From Octopus bimaculoides (Eukaryota): a DNA stretch of 39,191 nucleotides. Every line of letters begins with the position of its first letter. The first letter of the stretch is position 1. The position numbers were made by a program, and so were the translations under genes. Below the pieces are notes generated by a model. That model saw only the letters and a list, made by a program, of their open reading frames with translations, searched no databases and was not told the DNA's origin. Location: NCBI RefSeq assembly GCF_001194135.2, contig NC_068986.1, positions 107,200,448-107,239,638 on the forward strand. The letters run 5' to 3'. Below, piece after piece: positions 10,836 to 24,166 of the stretch.

Positions 10836-11382
10836 NNNNNNNNNNNNNNNNNNNNNNNNNNNNNNNNNNNNNNNNNNNNNNNNNNNNNNNNNNNNNNNNN
10901 NNNNNNNNNNNNNNNNNNNNNNNNNNNNNNNNNNNNNNNNNNNNNNNNNNNNNNNNNNNNNNNNNNNNNNNNNNNNNNNNNNNNNNNNNNNNNNNNNNNN
11001 NNNNNNNNNNNNNNNNNNNNNNNNNNNNNNNNNNNNNNNNNNNNNNNNNNNNNNNNNNNNNNNNNNNNNNNNNNNNNNNNNNNNNNNNNNNNNNNNNNNN
11101 NNNNNNNNNNNNNNNNNNNNNNNNNNNNNNNNNNNNNNNNNNNNNNNNNNNNNNNNNNNNNNNNNNNNNNNNNNNNNNNNNNNNNNNNNNNNNNNNNNNN
11201 NNNNNNNNNNNNNNNNNNNNNNNNNNNNNNNNNNNNNNNNNNNNNNNNNNNNNNNNNNNNNNNNNNNNNNNNNNNNNNNNNNNNNATGGTACAATGAAAT
11301 GAAGTAATGAATGTCTTATTGAATATATGGAATATGTCTTATTGAATAGATGAAATATTGAGTGTTCAATATAAAGGATTAA

Positions 11383-11537
11383 ATATATAAAGGCGAATAC
11401 GTATTTTCAATACCTTGTGGTATTTCATCATGGCCGGTATCTGACAGACTGTAACAGACTGTCTGTTACAGTCTGTCAGATACCGGCCATGATGAAATAC
11501 CACAAGGTATTGAAAATACGTATTCGCCTTTATATAT
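11383..11537. repeat. Perfect 155-bp palindrome (77-bp arms, 1-nt centre at 11460)
   Basis: Arms are exact reverse complements. Confidence 0.95.
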
Positions 11538-11645
11538 GATAGGTAAAGTTGAGCGCTTAGCATTTTGTTTCATGCCCTAAAAGGTTTCCATCTCGCTGGG
11601 ATGTGCTATGGAAACAATCAATTATTTCTTAAGTATTTACCTTAC

Positions 11646-11669
11646 CTTAGTAAAGTTCTTCATCAACAT
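11646..11669 (-). CDS. Gene A first coding segment: MLMKNFTK
   Basis: ATG at 11669, AAG|gtaagg donor in phase 0. The exon shares the 13-mer agttattcacaat (11683-11695) with gene B exon 1 (22297-22309). Confidence 0.65.
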
Positions 11670-12680
11670 TTGCTAATATAGTATTGTGAATAACTTTAAG
11701 AATGGTTTCTTAAGTTAATACGATTCCTAAAATATACAGCTGCTGCATGTAACATACTGAAATCATAAATCTACTGTCTCTAACCTGTGTTCATGAAATA
11801 TTACTAATGCATATGTGTGTGGATTTGTATGTATAGTAATGTATATTACTATCTCTTATATATAGTTTTCATCTGAGAAAGGCAGGTTAATTAGCTCTCT
11901 TATTAGGATTTATGCATAAAACGTTATGGAAAATGGAAATATATCTTCGAATCAATGATATAAATTATATCTACATCCGTCTGGTTAGCATTAATAGTTC
12001 ACATCTAGAACATACAGTATGGTTTAAATGAAGTCAAGGAAATACATGTCATCTATATCACTAAAGGTTGTAAGGGAACAATATCATCATCAGTATCCTT
12101 TAACTGATGCAGTTACTCGTTGGAGCATCACTTGAAATGCTCTCATAGTCTGCCGTCGCCACGCGTATTTGCTGACTTGTTGCCTGATTAGAGTTGTTCA
12201 CTTTGTGTACAGGATATGTAGCAGTATAGTGAAGTACTTGTGTTCAAAAGCCTGGAGACTTCGTTCCATGTCAGCTGTAAATGTCCAGCTCTCACACCAG
12301 TATAGAAGGATCGAAGTTACCAGGGTTTTGTACACTCCGAGGTTTGTTGGAAAATATTCCCCTTTACAAATGCACGGACTCTTTCACCCAACAACAGTGA
12401 ATAAACAAGGAAAAACAATTCATCAAGAAATATAAACCACAACTAAATATCGGAACAACCAACATTACTATATAATAAAGGAGCTGTCATACAGACACTG
12501 TATCTCGTATATATATATATATNNNNNNNNNNNNNNNNNNNNNNNNNNNNNNNNNNNNNNNNNNNNNNNNNNNNNNNNNNNNNNNNNNNNNNNNNNNNNN
12601 NNNNNNNNNNNNNNNNNNNNNNNNNNNNNNNNNNNNNNNNNNNNNNNNNNNNNNNNNNNNNNNNNNNNNNNNNNNNNNNN

Positions 12681-12881
12681 CTTTTATCTTTTTACTTGTT
12701 TTAGTCATTTGATTGCGGCTATGCCGGAGCACCGCCTTAAAGGGTATTAGTCGAAGAAATCGACCCCAGGATATTTTCTTTGTAAGCCTAGTACTTATTC
12801 TATTGATTTCTTTTGCCGAACCGCTAGGTCACGGAGACATAAACAAAACCAGCATTGTTTGTCAAGAGATGGCGGGGGAGT

Positions 12882-12919
<38 letters not shown>

Positions 12920-12985
12920 TGTATAATATATTCAAGGTTCCGTCTACCAAATCCACTCACAAGGCTTTGGTCGGCCCGAAGCTAC
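12681..12985 (-). mobile_element. SINE family 2 with internal (CA)n microsatellite, head truncated
   Basis: Head part 12931-12985 matches 4130-4170; microsatellite; tail 12681-12885. Confidence 0.85.
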
Positions 12986-13292
12986 GAGCGAATGTGTGCA
13001 CACAAGCACACATTCACTCGTATAAATAGGAATGTACATATATTTATATGAACACACACACCCCGACACATTATATATATACATATAAAAGAACTTTATT
13101 ATTCATACAGATAATAACGTTAGTAGTCGCAAGCATAAAAGCCGTAAAAGCAAAATTAATAAATATATATAAAGTATAGAAAAATACTTATATATACCCG
13201 ATTATATATAAGTATATTTCTATATTTTATATATATTTATTAATTTTGTCATACGCACATATAAAAGTCAAAATGTCATGCAAGTAAATATT

Positions 13293-13504
13293 CTTTTCTA
13301 CTGTAGGCACAAGGCCCGGAATTTTGGGGTAGGAGGCCAGTCGATTAATTCGAACCCATTACGCAACTGACACTTAATTTATTGACCCCGAAAGGATGAA
13401 ACGCAAAATCGACCTCAGCAGAATTTGAACTCAGAAGGTAAAGACACACGAAATACCGCTAAGCATTTCGTCCAGCGTGCTACCGTTTCAGATCACAGCC
13501 TTGC
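13293..13504 (-). mobile_element. SINE family 1 with 16-bp TSD
   Basis: catgcaagtaaatatt at 13277-13292 and 13505-13520. Confidence 0.92.
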
Positions 13505-15757
13505 CATGCAAGTAAATATTGTATTTCTTCCGACTTAACCGCATATTGGTGTGTGTCTGTTTGTGTGTGTGTACTCGTGTGTGTGTGTGTGCGCGCGCAT
13601 GTATGTATGATGCATTAATTCATTCACTAGTAAAGTTCTAGTTCAAGAGCAACTGCCAACACTTAAGGGCTCTCTTTGTATAGGCTTATACAAAATTAAA
13701 CAAGATAGTGTTCATTTACTGTGATGTGCATTCATACTAAGACATAAGCAGAAGGACTCTTCCAAATTATAACCAGATAAATGCAGTAACACTTACTGAA
13801 GACAAATATGTAATACCAGAATGTATACAATGTGTTTTATATAAAGATTTATACTATAAACTACAACGCCGCCTAACGTATTATATGAAAACCAGTAACT
13901 GTTAATGTTATATAAATTACTTGTTTGTTGGGTAGCTGAAGAATAAACGGTTCATCTTCTCTGACAGGGAGGCAATCATCTCCGAAAATATCCTTCAATA
14001 TGAATCCCAGTTATTTTACTGAAACTGTTTCTAGTTTGGAGGTGAGCTTCTTGCAGGTTTTCCGCAATCAAACTCTCATCATTTTATCCACTTTTTCTAC
14101 TTTCTGCCGATCAACAAAATACAAGTAAATGTATGTATGTATGTATGTATGTATGTATGTATGTATGTATGTATGTATGTATGTATATATATATATATNN
14201 NNNNNNNNNNNNNNNNNNNNNNNNNNNNNNNNNNNNNNNNNNNNNNNNNNNNNNNNNNNNNNNNNNNNNNNNNNNNNNNNNNNNNNNNNNNNNNNNNNNN
14301 NNNNNNNNNNNNNNNNNNNNNNNNNNNNNNNNNNNNNNNNNNNNNNNNNNNNNNNNNNNNNNNNNNNNNNNNNNNNNNNNNNNNNNNNNNNNNNNNNNNN
14401 NNNNNNNNNNNNNNNNNNNNNNNNNNNNNNNNNNNNNNNNNNNNNNNNNNNNNNNNNNNNNNNNNNNNNNNNNNNNNNNNNNNNNNNNNNNNNNNNNNNN
14501 NNNNNNNNNNNNNNNNNNNNNNNNNNNNNNNNNNNNNNNNNNNNNNNNNNNNNNNNNNNNNNNNNNNNNNNNNNNNNNNNNNNNNNNNNNNNNNNNNNNN
14601 NNNNNNNNNNNNNNNNNNNNNNNNNNNNNNNNNNNNNNNNNNNNNNNNNNNNNNNNNNNNNNNNNNNNNNNNNNNNNNNNNNNNNNNNNNNNNNNNNNNN
14701 NNNNNNNNNNNNNNNNNNNNNNNNNNNNNNNNNNNNNNNNNNNNNNNNNNNNNNNNNNNNNNNNNNNNNNNNNNNNNNNNNNNNNNNNNNNNNNNNNNNN
14801 NNNNNNNNNNNNNNNNNNNNNNNNNNNNNNNNNNNNNNNNNNNNNNNNNNNNNNNNNNNNNNNNNNNNNNNNNNNNNNNNNNNNNNNNNNNNNNNNNNNN
14901 NNNNNNNNNNNNNNNNNNNNNNNNNNNNNNNNNNNNNNNNNNNNNNNNNNNNNNNNNNNNNNNNNNNNNNNNNNNNNNNNNNNNNNNNNNNNNNNNNNNN
15001 NNNNNNNNNNNNNNNNNNNNNNNNNNNNNNNNNNNNNNNNNNNNNNNNNNNNNNNNNNNNNNNNNNNNNNNNNNNNNNNNNNNNNNNNNNNNNNNNNNNN
15101 NNNNNNNNNNNNNNNNNNNNNNNNNNNTGGTGGGTGGTGGTGGTGCTGGTGGTGCTGGTGGTGCTGGTGGTGGCCGTGGTGGTGGTGGGGTCGACAGATT
15201 TGTAAGGAATTCATAGCATATAACTTGCGGTATTTGTTCCGCTCTTTATCACCCTGAGTTCAATTTCCTCTACATTGCTGGTATACCCGTAATAAAAAAA
15301 AGAGACACTTTGTAAGAAATAAGCTGCAAATGGTATTTAATGAATACATCGATATAGCGTACATTCTGTACACATGATCCCATGTATCACCTGTATCTAT
15401 AAAGTTATCAGATGTTTTCATACACAGCCAGTCACAATGCGCTTCAAATCCGTTCTTGTTTACGCCCTTCTTTTCCATTTAGGTCTAAATCGTTAAATAA
15501 ATCATCATTGAGGCCCTCGGAGTGGCCTTTTCCGGTCTCTTGGATACTACTCGGTAACTGCAGGGTTCTTTGAACATCATGTAATACTCGACCCAAAGAA
15601 ACGTGGCTGATTTAGGTATTCTGCGAATACCACTTCTTCCTAGAATTATTGATTTTGTAAATACTCTTGTGATGATATTCTTCGCATCGATGCCATATAG
15701 GGCGATAGAAAGAATCTTTCTTGTTTCAATCATTAGACTTCAACCATACTTGGGCAT

Positions 15758-15950
15758 CGCCTTTCGATAATTTTTAGTCGAAGAAATCAAAATTTAATAC
15801 TTATTGTTTTAAAGCCTGGTACTTATTCTAAGGATGTCTTTTGTCGAAATGCTACGTTACGGGGGCATAAATACTGCAACACTTGTTGTCAAGCGGTAGT
15901 GAGGAAAAAAACACAGACATAATGATACACGCACACGCATATATATCTCA
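15758..15950 (-). mobile_element. Degenerate SINE family 2 tail
   Basis: Similar to 12730-12885 (ttagtcgaagaaatc...aagcctggtacttattcta...ttgtcaagc). Confidence 0.65.
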
Positions 15951-16759
15951 GTAATACTAAAACTTTTGAGATATTCATACCCGAAATATCTTAATTGATT
16001 TTTTTAAAATTTGTATTTTTATTCATACCTTCAGCAGTGTAGTACAGAATTTGGGTGACATTTGGACCTCTATTTATTAATGAAAACGATTAAAAACAAT
16101 TTTCGTTTGTTATTTCTTTACGAAAAATTTGGCTTCCGTGACATCAACACACATACAGACATACAGGATACACACAGACACATATAATGAATACCATGGC
16201 GTGTCAAACACACACACAGACTTCGCGCTCTCTAAGAAAAAACACCGACTTTTTGACGTGCACAATATTTTAATCATTTAGAAATATTTTTTACTGAATG
16301 TGATTTCAAAAATTTAAGTTGTTTGCACAGTAAATATTTATATTTTAGCTTTCTTTAAACAGTCTATATCTTAATGTATTTTTTTATTGTTTTAAAGTCG
16401 TTAATTTCTGTAAAAAATTTCATTTATTTAATTTTGTTTTGAAGGGAAGAGAGGAGAAAGTGGAAGATTATGTACGTGTACATTAAATGGATATGTGTGT
16501 GTTTGTGTGCGTGTGTGAAAGAGAGAGTGAAAGAGAAAGGAAGAGAGAGAAATAAAAAGAGAGAAAGAAAGAAAGTGAGTGAGTGAACGTGTGTGTTCTC
16601 TTGTATGTGTAAACGCCATTATCTCTCTCTCTCTCTCTCCCCCTCTCCATCACACACACGCCCGCGCGCGTCCTTTTCATATACACGTTCATACATCTTT
16701 CACTTTCTCCTCTCACGTAAAAACAAAGTAAATAAATAAAAAAGAATACGGAAATTAAT

Positions 16760-17830
16760 GAACAAAAGCAGCTTTTCCGGATGACAGTTCTGAGAGCCAA
16801 AGCGAAAGATCGCCCCAAAGGAATACAATTACACAAACGTTTTTGGAGTGCATTCAACGTATCTCAGCTCCAAAGATTTGGCTGCTAACAGCACCTTTTA
16901 CAATATTATTACGAGGTTGTTCAAGGAAATGTTGCTCAGAGAGCTGCCTTACGCAGACGTCTCAGCGATCGTGGCCAGCAGCATAGAGGACATACAACAC
17001 ATTGTGAACTGGTTTTCTTGTGCAGTAGAAATGACTGTTCTCTAGATCAACATATCGAAGACTGAGCTGTTCTATCATTCCCCGCCAAGATGTCCCAAGA
17101 GATCTAGAGTCCGAGCTAGTGACAGTACACGGAGAGCTCCTAAGGTACACAGGGACCTTTATCTATCGCAGCAGTACAGAGTCTTGTATTAATTCTTCTG
17201 GCTTCGAAGTTAAGGAGAGGAGTAGAATCTATGAAACTGCTATGGCATTGCCTGCAACACGAATATAATGGTGTACAGTGCTGCACTCTTCCTTTGCCTC
17301 TTCTACGTCACGGAACGCATGGCCCTATCGCAGGCACATCAAGGTCCTGTTGTAGAGGTGCTGCGCCGTGCTAGCTCAGTTAATGTGGAGGCCCTCATTA
17401 CCTCATTGTAGGTGCGCTGGGTAGGACATATTTGCAGGACGGAGGAAGACAATAGCAGTTTTTTTACGCTAAACTGCGTGGGGGTTGGAGAATATGTGGT
17501 GGTCATAGGTTGCGATAGAGCGATGAGCTGAAGAGACTTATGAAGATCTCCGGCATTTCGCCGGACAGTTGGGAAGAGAAGAGCCTGCGGCGTTGCGAGG
17601 AAAGACACCAATCGCTGAAGCATGTAATCGCAGTTAATGAGGAGGAGCAACTCAGAGAAAACAAGAAACAATGCGAAAGAAAACATGAACAGCGTCACTT
17701 GTCCGTTGCGTCAAGTAACTTCAGCTGCAGTAGATGTCTTCTCTGCTGCAGATCAAGTGCAGGCCTTGTAGTCCACATGCGACCCTGCAGGGCATGATTT
17801 CTGAACAGAAGAGCAAACATAGCACGAAAA
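16760..17830 (+). mobile_element. RTE-clade LINE 3' fragment, dead
   Basis: LLRELPYADVSAIVASSIEDIQHIV (YADD-like), INISKTE, EVLRRA, RWVGHICR, C-terminal CSRC...GLVVHMR knuckle. Stops and frameshifts. Confidence 0.85.
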
Positions 17831-17983
17831 CGACGACGATAAGGAGGCTGTAAAAATTAGTGCAAAATTCAAGGGAGACAACTCTCGCTAAGTTAAAAAA
17901 GTTATTTTAAGTTCCGTCCCTTATATTATTCAACGTTTATGGTATGTGCGTACGTGCGGTCGGGCGGGCGGGCGTGTGTGTGC

Positions 17984-18014
<31 letters not shown>

Positions 18015-18899
18015 GCGTGCGTGCGTGTGTGTGTATATATATTACGAAAAAGGAGGCAGCCAGAATTTTGGATAATTCTTTATCATCGTTTACGTTCGTT
18101 TAACCAACCGAATACTTTCAGAAAAATTGAACCAAACTGGAACAAATTTTTTTCTTGAAGAATTTGGTTATAACGAACGAAAGCGTTAATAAGCGATCAT
18201 CCTAAANNNNNNNNNNNNNNNNNNNNNNNNNNNNNNNNNNNNNNNNNNNNNNNNNNNNNNNNNNNNNNNNNNNNNNNNNNNNNNNNNNNNNNNNNNNNNN
18301 NNNNNNNNNNNNNNNNNNNNNNNNNNNNNNNNNNNNNNNNNNNNNNNNNNNNNNNNNNNNNNNNNNNNNNNNNNNNNNNNNNNNNNNNNNNNNNNNNNNN
18401 NNNNNNNNNNNNNNNNNNNNNNNNNNNNNNNNNNNNNNNNNNNNNNNNNNNNNNNNNNNNNNNNNNNNNNNNNNNNNNNNNNNNNNNNNNNNNNNNNNNN
18501 NNNNNNNNNNNNNNNNNNNNNNNNNNNNNNNNNNNNNNNNNNNNNNNNNNNNNNNNNNNNNNNNNNNNNNNNNNNNNNNNNNNNNNNNNNNNNNNNNNNN
18601 NNNNNNNNNNNNNNNNNNNNNNNNNNNNNNNNNNNNNNNNNNNNNNNNNNNNNNNNNNNNNNNNNNNNNNNNNNNNNNNNNNNNNNNNNNNNNNNNNNNN
18701 NNNNNNNNNNNNNNNNNNNNNNNNNNNNNNNNNNNNNNNNNNNNNNNNNNNNNNNNNNNNNNNNNNNNNNNNNNNNNNNNNNNNNNNNNNNNNNNNNNNN
18801 NNNNNNNNNNNNNNNNNNNNNNNNNNNNNNNNNNNNNNNNNNNNNNNNNNNNNNNNNNNNATTTAATATATATATATATATATATATATATCCTATCTC

Positions 18900-19011
18900 C
18901 AGCCACAAGGCCTTGATCGACCCGAGACTATAGTAGAAGATACTTACCCAACGGGCTACGCAGTGGGGCTGAACCCAGAAGCTTGTTGTTGGGAAGTAAA
19001 CCTGTCTGATT
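18900..19011 (-). mobile_element. SINE family 2 head fragment
   Basis: Reverse-complement similarity to 4050-4150. Confidence 0.7.
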
Positions 19012-19406
19012 ACGAACTTCGTTGGAGTTGTAAGAGATAAATGGATTGATTCTTCTTAAATTAGAAAAATTAGGTTATTTAAGTATATACTACGCTGTTT
19101 TAAAAAGTCAGCGATTCATAATAAAGCGTCTGTCGGAAATGTCATATGACTACCATAACTTTCTTTGATTCTAAGACAACTAGTTTGTAATACGTAGAAT
19201 AACTCTGCGAGACACAGAGAGCACTTATATGTGATAGCTTCTACACATAAAAGCTACGTCTCCCACAATTCATACCCATACTCTTTTAAAATGGAAGCAC
19301 ACATTAGATAGCGTTGTCTTTATATCTATACCAATCTACACGCTCGGGTTCGCGCGTACACACATACGCACAAACTTGTATATATCTATATATAAGTAGA
19401 TATACA

Positions 19407-19489
<83 letters not shown>

Positions 19490-19491
<2 letters not shown>

Positions 19492-19930
19492 GTTGTTGGC
19501 ATCCTTTTGTCTCGGGAGACAATGGAGTTGCGCTTAAACTAATCCAGTCTGGTTTTTACATTTCATGTCCTCTCTAGTTTTGCGCACGCCTGGGTTAGAT
19601 GTAAGAAAATCCTGGGTAGCCCAATCGTCAGGATTCCTCTATCGACCTTGCTGACGTAATATCCGGTCTCTTTCCAAAAAGATATCCACGAACTTGCGGA
19701 ATCTTATCTTCCTCCACTTCTCAAAAACGATGGCTCTGTCACGTGTATTCTCATGAAGAAAGCAACTTTCTATCTAACTCCACTCCACACTTACCTGATC
19801 TGCTCCAAATCTATTCCTTAAGAATATTGGCCCTCTGAAATTTCTTTACTGCTTATGTATTTCCTGAAGATTCCATCTTACTCTAGTGTAACCGAAACAT
19901 TAACAGTTTCCATCTGGACGGTTTGGGATG
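19490..19930 (-). mobile_element. Probable retroelement 3' end with ...gccaacaaca tail
   Basis: Tail resembles that of the SINE at 5936-5950. No convincing protein motif. Confidence 0.35.
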
Positions 19931-20997
19931 CCCAGCAAATGCCATGGACATAATCATTTCCAACAGAAGCAACAAATAAAAACAGTATTGACGATATTGG
20001 CCAAAAATTTCTATAAAATAATTTTATTATCTCTCTCACACGGAGGGAGATTTTTTAAACAATTGATTGCATGTTCGCACTCGATCGAAATGTCCATAAT
20101 CAGCGAAATTTTGGGGCACTATTGAGTGGGGTTTTTATCACAAACACATGAATAGGACTAAATAAGTTTTGAGAAAGTTTGCTTGAATATGCCAACTGAG
20201 CTTACATCGACTGGTTCTCATAAATGTACATAAAATTAAGAAAAAAATGGACGTTGGAGATATTTTCAGTGGATCACAGTTTTAGTAGTGTTTGATTATA
20301 TAGATTCTACGTATACCGAGTGGCAGATATCTTTGAATCTGGATATGAAAAAAATACGCAAAGTCATCCGTGATGGCATTTGAACTCAAAATGTAAGGTA
20401 TCTGTAAAATATTGAACCCGTCTCGATAGATTCATACATATAACTCCCTCTGTCTGCCACAACTATTGAAAGACGAGGAAAATTTATCCCAAGCCATCGA
20501 CTTCCTCAATGTACAAAATAATCTAACATGTTGGACCAGAAGCCTCAGAATGTTAAATGCCGCCTTTACTTTAAAAATGTAGCATATTGCCTTTAGTATA
20601 CACACCAACATTCCAGATTCGTCGTTAATCATGAATATATAAATTGTTATATTTTAGTTTGGGGTGATGCTAACAAATTTGCATTAAAATAGTAGAAAAT
20701 TGCTATCGTTAAGGTAAAGCAAACACCATCAAAAAATATTGTGTAGTGTGAATATAGAAACTGTCACACTGTCGTTGTAAAAAGGAAAACGTTATTCTCC
20801 CATCACGTCCACTACAGCGACCAGCATAATTTGTGTCTGAAGTTGCCTTGATGTGTCAGGAATAAATACGCCAATAATCGTTGTATCGCAAATAATCGTT
20901 TTCCGATGAAATATCCTTTAATGCATATTACAAAACTACGCTGCTAAATTATTTCGGAAGACTAACTCAGTTTTAAACCTGACACACTGGTAATATA

Positions 20998-21164
20998 TTC
21001 TTTTCTACTCTAGACACAAGGCCCGAAATCATTGGGGGAGGGGGTCAGTCGATTAGATCGACCCCAGTGCGCAATTGGTACTTGATTTATCGACTCCGAA
21101 AGAATCAAAGGCAAATCGACCTCGGCGGAATTTGAACACAGAACGTAAGGACAGACGAAATACC
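20998..21164 (-). mobile_element. SINE family 1, 5'-truncated, tail type B
   Basis: Core as at 13293; abuts the next copy. Confidence 0.85.
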
Positions 21165-21400
21165 TTTTTTTTTTTTTGTTACCCACAAGGGGCTAAACAT
21201 AGAGGGGACAAACAAGGACAGACAAATGGATTAAGTCGATTACATTGACCCCAGTGCGTAACTGGTACTTAATTTATCGACCCCCCGAAAGGATGAAAGG
21301 CAAAGTCGACCTCGGCGGAATTTGAACTCAGAACGTAACGGCAAACGAAATACCGCTAAGCATTTCGCCCGGCGTGCTAACGTTTCTGCCAGCTCGACGC
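21165..21400 (-). mobile_element. SINE family 1, full length, tail type A
   Basis: Near-complete match to 6756-6985 in reverse. Confidence 0.9.
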
Positions 21401-21599
21401 CTTTGTATATTGGGAATATATTCGCAAATAACACACTTAGTTGTGCTACAAACATTTTCCGTGTAAAAAGTTGGATAACTTCGGTGGAACATTTTTTCTC
21501 ATCGTGGCTTCAAATGTTTAAAACTGTGTTATTTCAAATCATAGATAATTGTCTAAGGAAAAGTACATGAACTATTTAACGACAACGTTAGGTGATTGC

Positions 21600-21940
21600 A
21601 ACAGGAGCACAGACGCGCTTCGGTAACGAATGACCATGGGATTGCACCTAGAATGTTCCTCTCGGAAGCATAAGTCTGGGCAAGATTGTTTATGGGAGAC
21701 CAACAGTCGCCCATGCGTACCAGCCCCTCCTATTCACGCCACCGATTTTATCCAAGGGAAAGGCAACGGATGATACAGCTTGGCACTAGTGACATCGTAA
21801 CTCATTTCTACAGGTAAGTTAACTGGAGTAACGTGAATACAGTGTCATGCTCAAGAACACAACACACAGCCCGGTCTGAGAATCACTCATCAACTCGTGA
21901 TTGTGAGCCCGACGTTCTAACAACTGAGCCATGCGCATTC
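21600..21940 (-). mobile_element. tRNA-headed SINE family 4
   Basis: A box tggctcagttg. Central domain shared with 6430-6490. Distinct tail. Confidence 0.75.
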
Positions 21941-22251
21941 GCATACACTAACATATACATTTATAAATCACATGTGACACTATTGTGAAACAAACAGATG
22001 TTTCCATATTTATTTACCCTATCTTTCCTACCTTCATTTACATTGTTTGTGCAATTATATTTATGGGTTGTTCGTTATTTCTTGCTCAATACCAAGTGAA
22101 AGAGAAACAATAAATATATGTCATTCTAATATTAAAGTAGACATCTATCATAGAAATAATCCTGAAATACGAGGTTAAAAGAATAAACAAACTCAATTTC
22201 TGGCTTCGATAACGAGTAATAATTGTATCTTCTACGCCTTAATTCCTGCAG

Positions 22252-22315
22252 ATTTCTCTGACATTCTACAGACCCTGCAGTCGTACGAATCCCACCAGTT
22301 ATTCACAATTTTAAG
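22252..22315 (+). other. Gene B 5' UTR exon (candidate)
   Basis: Acceptor ttctacgccttaattcctgcag, donor AAG|gtaagc. No ATG. Shares a 13-mer with gene A exon 1. The 5' boundary is uncertain. Confidence 0.6.
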
Positions 22316-22814
22316 GTAAGCAAAGTTACGAATTAAGAAAAGCAATATATAAAAATAATTATGATACAGAATTTGCAAATATTTTGAATAACTTTACGGC
22401 AATTGATACACAGGTATATAAGATGGGCCTTAAATTCAACAGTAAGTATTCATGGAAAAACTTTATGTATTAGAGCATGTACTTTAGGCTCAATTTCACA
22501 TAAATTACGTGAAGTGATTATTGGAGTAAGACTGTTGGCGAAAAGCTCTTGTAATATACCATAAAATACAATAATTTTTGATATCCCACGTAACTTTTCA
22601 TCAACATTATAATAATATTTTTGATGAAATTCAGTGCTATTTCAGCGATAACTATAGATATTTAGCTTATTTCATCCTAAATGAAGACTGTTTTCTTCCC
22701 TTAAACGTGTGACAATCACGTTTTATTTAATTTTTGTTGTTTCTTTTTTTGCTTTTTGTTTTTACTGTGTATCTAGAACCGCAGTGTACATGTCTTTCTT
22801 GTATTATGACAATA

Positions 22815-22952
22815 ATCCTTTCTACCAAAGGCACAAAACCTGAAATTGGTGGAGGGGATTAGTCGATTACATCAGCCCCAGTGTTTCACTGGTACTTGAT
22901 TTATCGACCCCGAAGAGATGAAAGGCAAAGTCAACCTAGATAGAATTTGAAT
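22815..22952 (-). mobile_element. SINE family 1 fragment
   Basis: ggtacttgatttatcgaccccgaagagatgaaaggcaaagtc core. Confidence 0.75.
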
Positions 22953-23525
22953 GAATTATGACAATAATGTGGGAATATGAAAGTTATTTAGTTGATATTT
23001 CTAGCAGGTCGAGTGAATGTAGTTTCTCCTTTATTGACTTATGCTGTCTTTGTTGGCGAATACTATACAACAGGTCGTGTTTCTACTTGATTAAACTTTT
23101 TAATCGCAACAAAAATGTCATGTTGAAATTCAGAGTGTAATATCCGGGTGAGAGAGATGCAACAGAGACGAGAGAGAGAGAGAGAAGGAAAGAGAGGGAG
23201 AAGGAATGAGAGAGGTGTGAAAAAGAAAGTAAGAAAGAGAAAGGGATAGCAAAAAGAGGAGAGAGGAAGAGATAGAAAGAAGACAGGGAACGGCCTCCCT
23301 GTTTGAGGCTGGTACTCATCATGTTTAATAAACTTTAGAACATGAAACCAAATGACTTATTCGAAGAAACAACACCTTGTTCAGTCTAGAAATAGCACTC
23401 CCCGTTTAACGATCGTAAGTCTAGCATATTATCCACAATAATCACATCTCATTAGATAAATGTTGGCACTGAAAATTATAAAATATATAAAGAGGCCTTT
23501 TACAAGTTTTAAATTTTTCTTACAG

Positions 23526-23604
23526 ATGAATATATATCCGATACTCTTGTTTCCAGTTGCTGTCATGTCCCCGGGGATTATTTTGCATAATACTGCAGCA
23601 GATA
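23526..23604 (+). CDS. Gene B signal-peptide exon: MNIYPILLFPVAVMSPGIILHNTAAD
   Basis: Acceptor aaatttttcttacag directly followed by ATG. 79 nt, donor gtaagt in phase 1. Joins 25312 in frame. Confidence 0.8.
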
Positions 23605-23738
23605 GTAAGTTTTCATATTCATAAATTTCTGCAAAGGTATGAGGCTCTTAGATCCACAATACGCTCTGAGATCCACACCTCTTCTCCTCTCGACACCATC
23701 AATATTTCAATTTTCCAGATATTGTCGTAAATATATTT

Positions 23739-23995
23739 CTAAAATCTCTTTCGAAGCTCAATATCACTCTTGTAAACATCACACTTTTGTAAATATCACA
23801 CTTGTGTAAGTTTTTACTACGAGTGGCCTAGCATGTAGAAAAATTAGTCAATAGACTATATACACCAAAATATCATTTATGGGACACAAGAAAACATTTA
23901 CAAGTAAGCCAGACAACAAAACGTTGAAGTCTTCTGAAAGTCATTACATGCAAACATACATACATACATGCATAGTACATATGTAAGTATGTGTC

Positions 23996-24028
<33 letters not shown>

Positions 24029-24166
24029 NNNNNNNNNNNNNNCTAAAATCTCTTTCGAAGCTCAATATCACTCTTGTAAACATCACACTTTTGTAAATAT
24101 CACACTTGTGTAAGTTTTTACTACGAGTGGCCTAGCATGTAGAAAAATTAGTCAATAGACTATATA
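23739..24166. repeat. Identical 124-bp direct duplication across a 14-N gap
   Basis: 23739-23862 equals 24043-24166; the second copy starts at the gap edge. Confidence 0.9.

Noticed and set aside
11776-11871. cag|ATGAAAACT on minus as a signal exon
   Set aside because: In-frame TAG after seven codons.
12213-12325. Possible third Cys-module exon on plus
   Set aside because: Stops in the phase-1 frame and no family Cys spacing.
15485-15733. 82-aa minus ORF as a transposase or gene
   Set aside because: No recognisable motif and no supporting splice structure.
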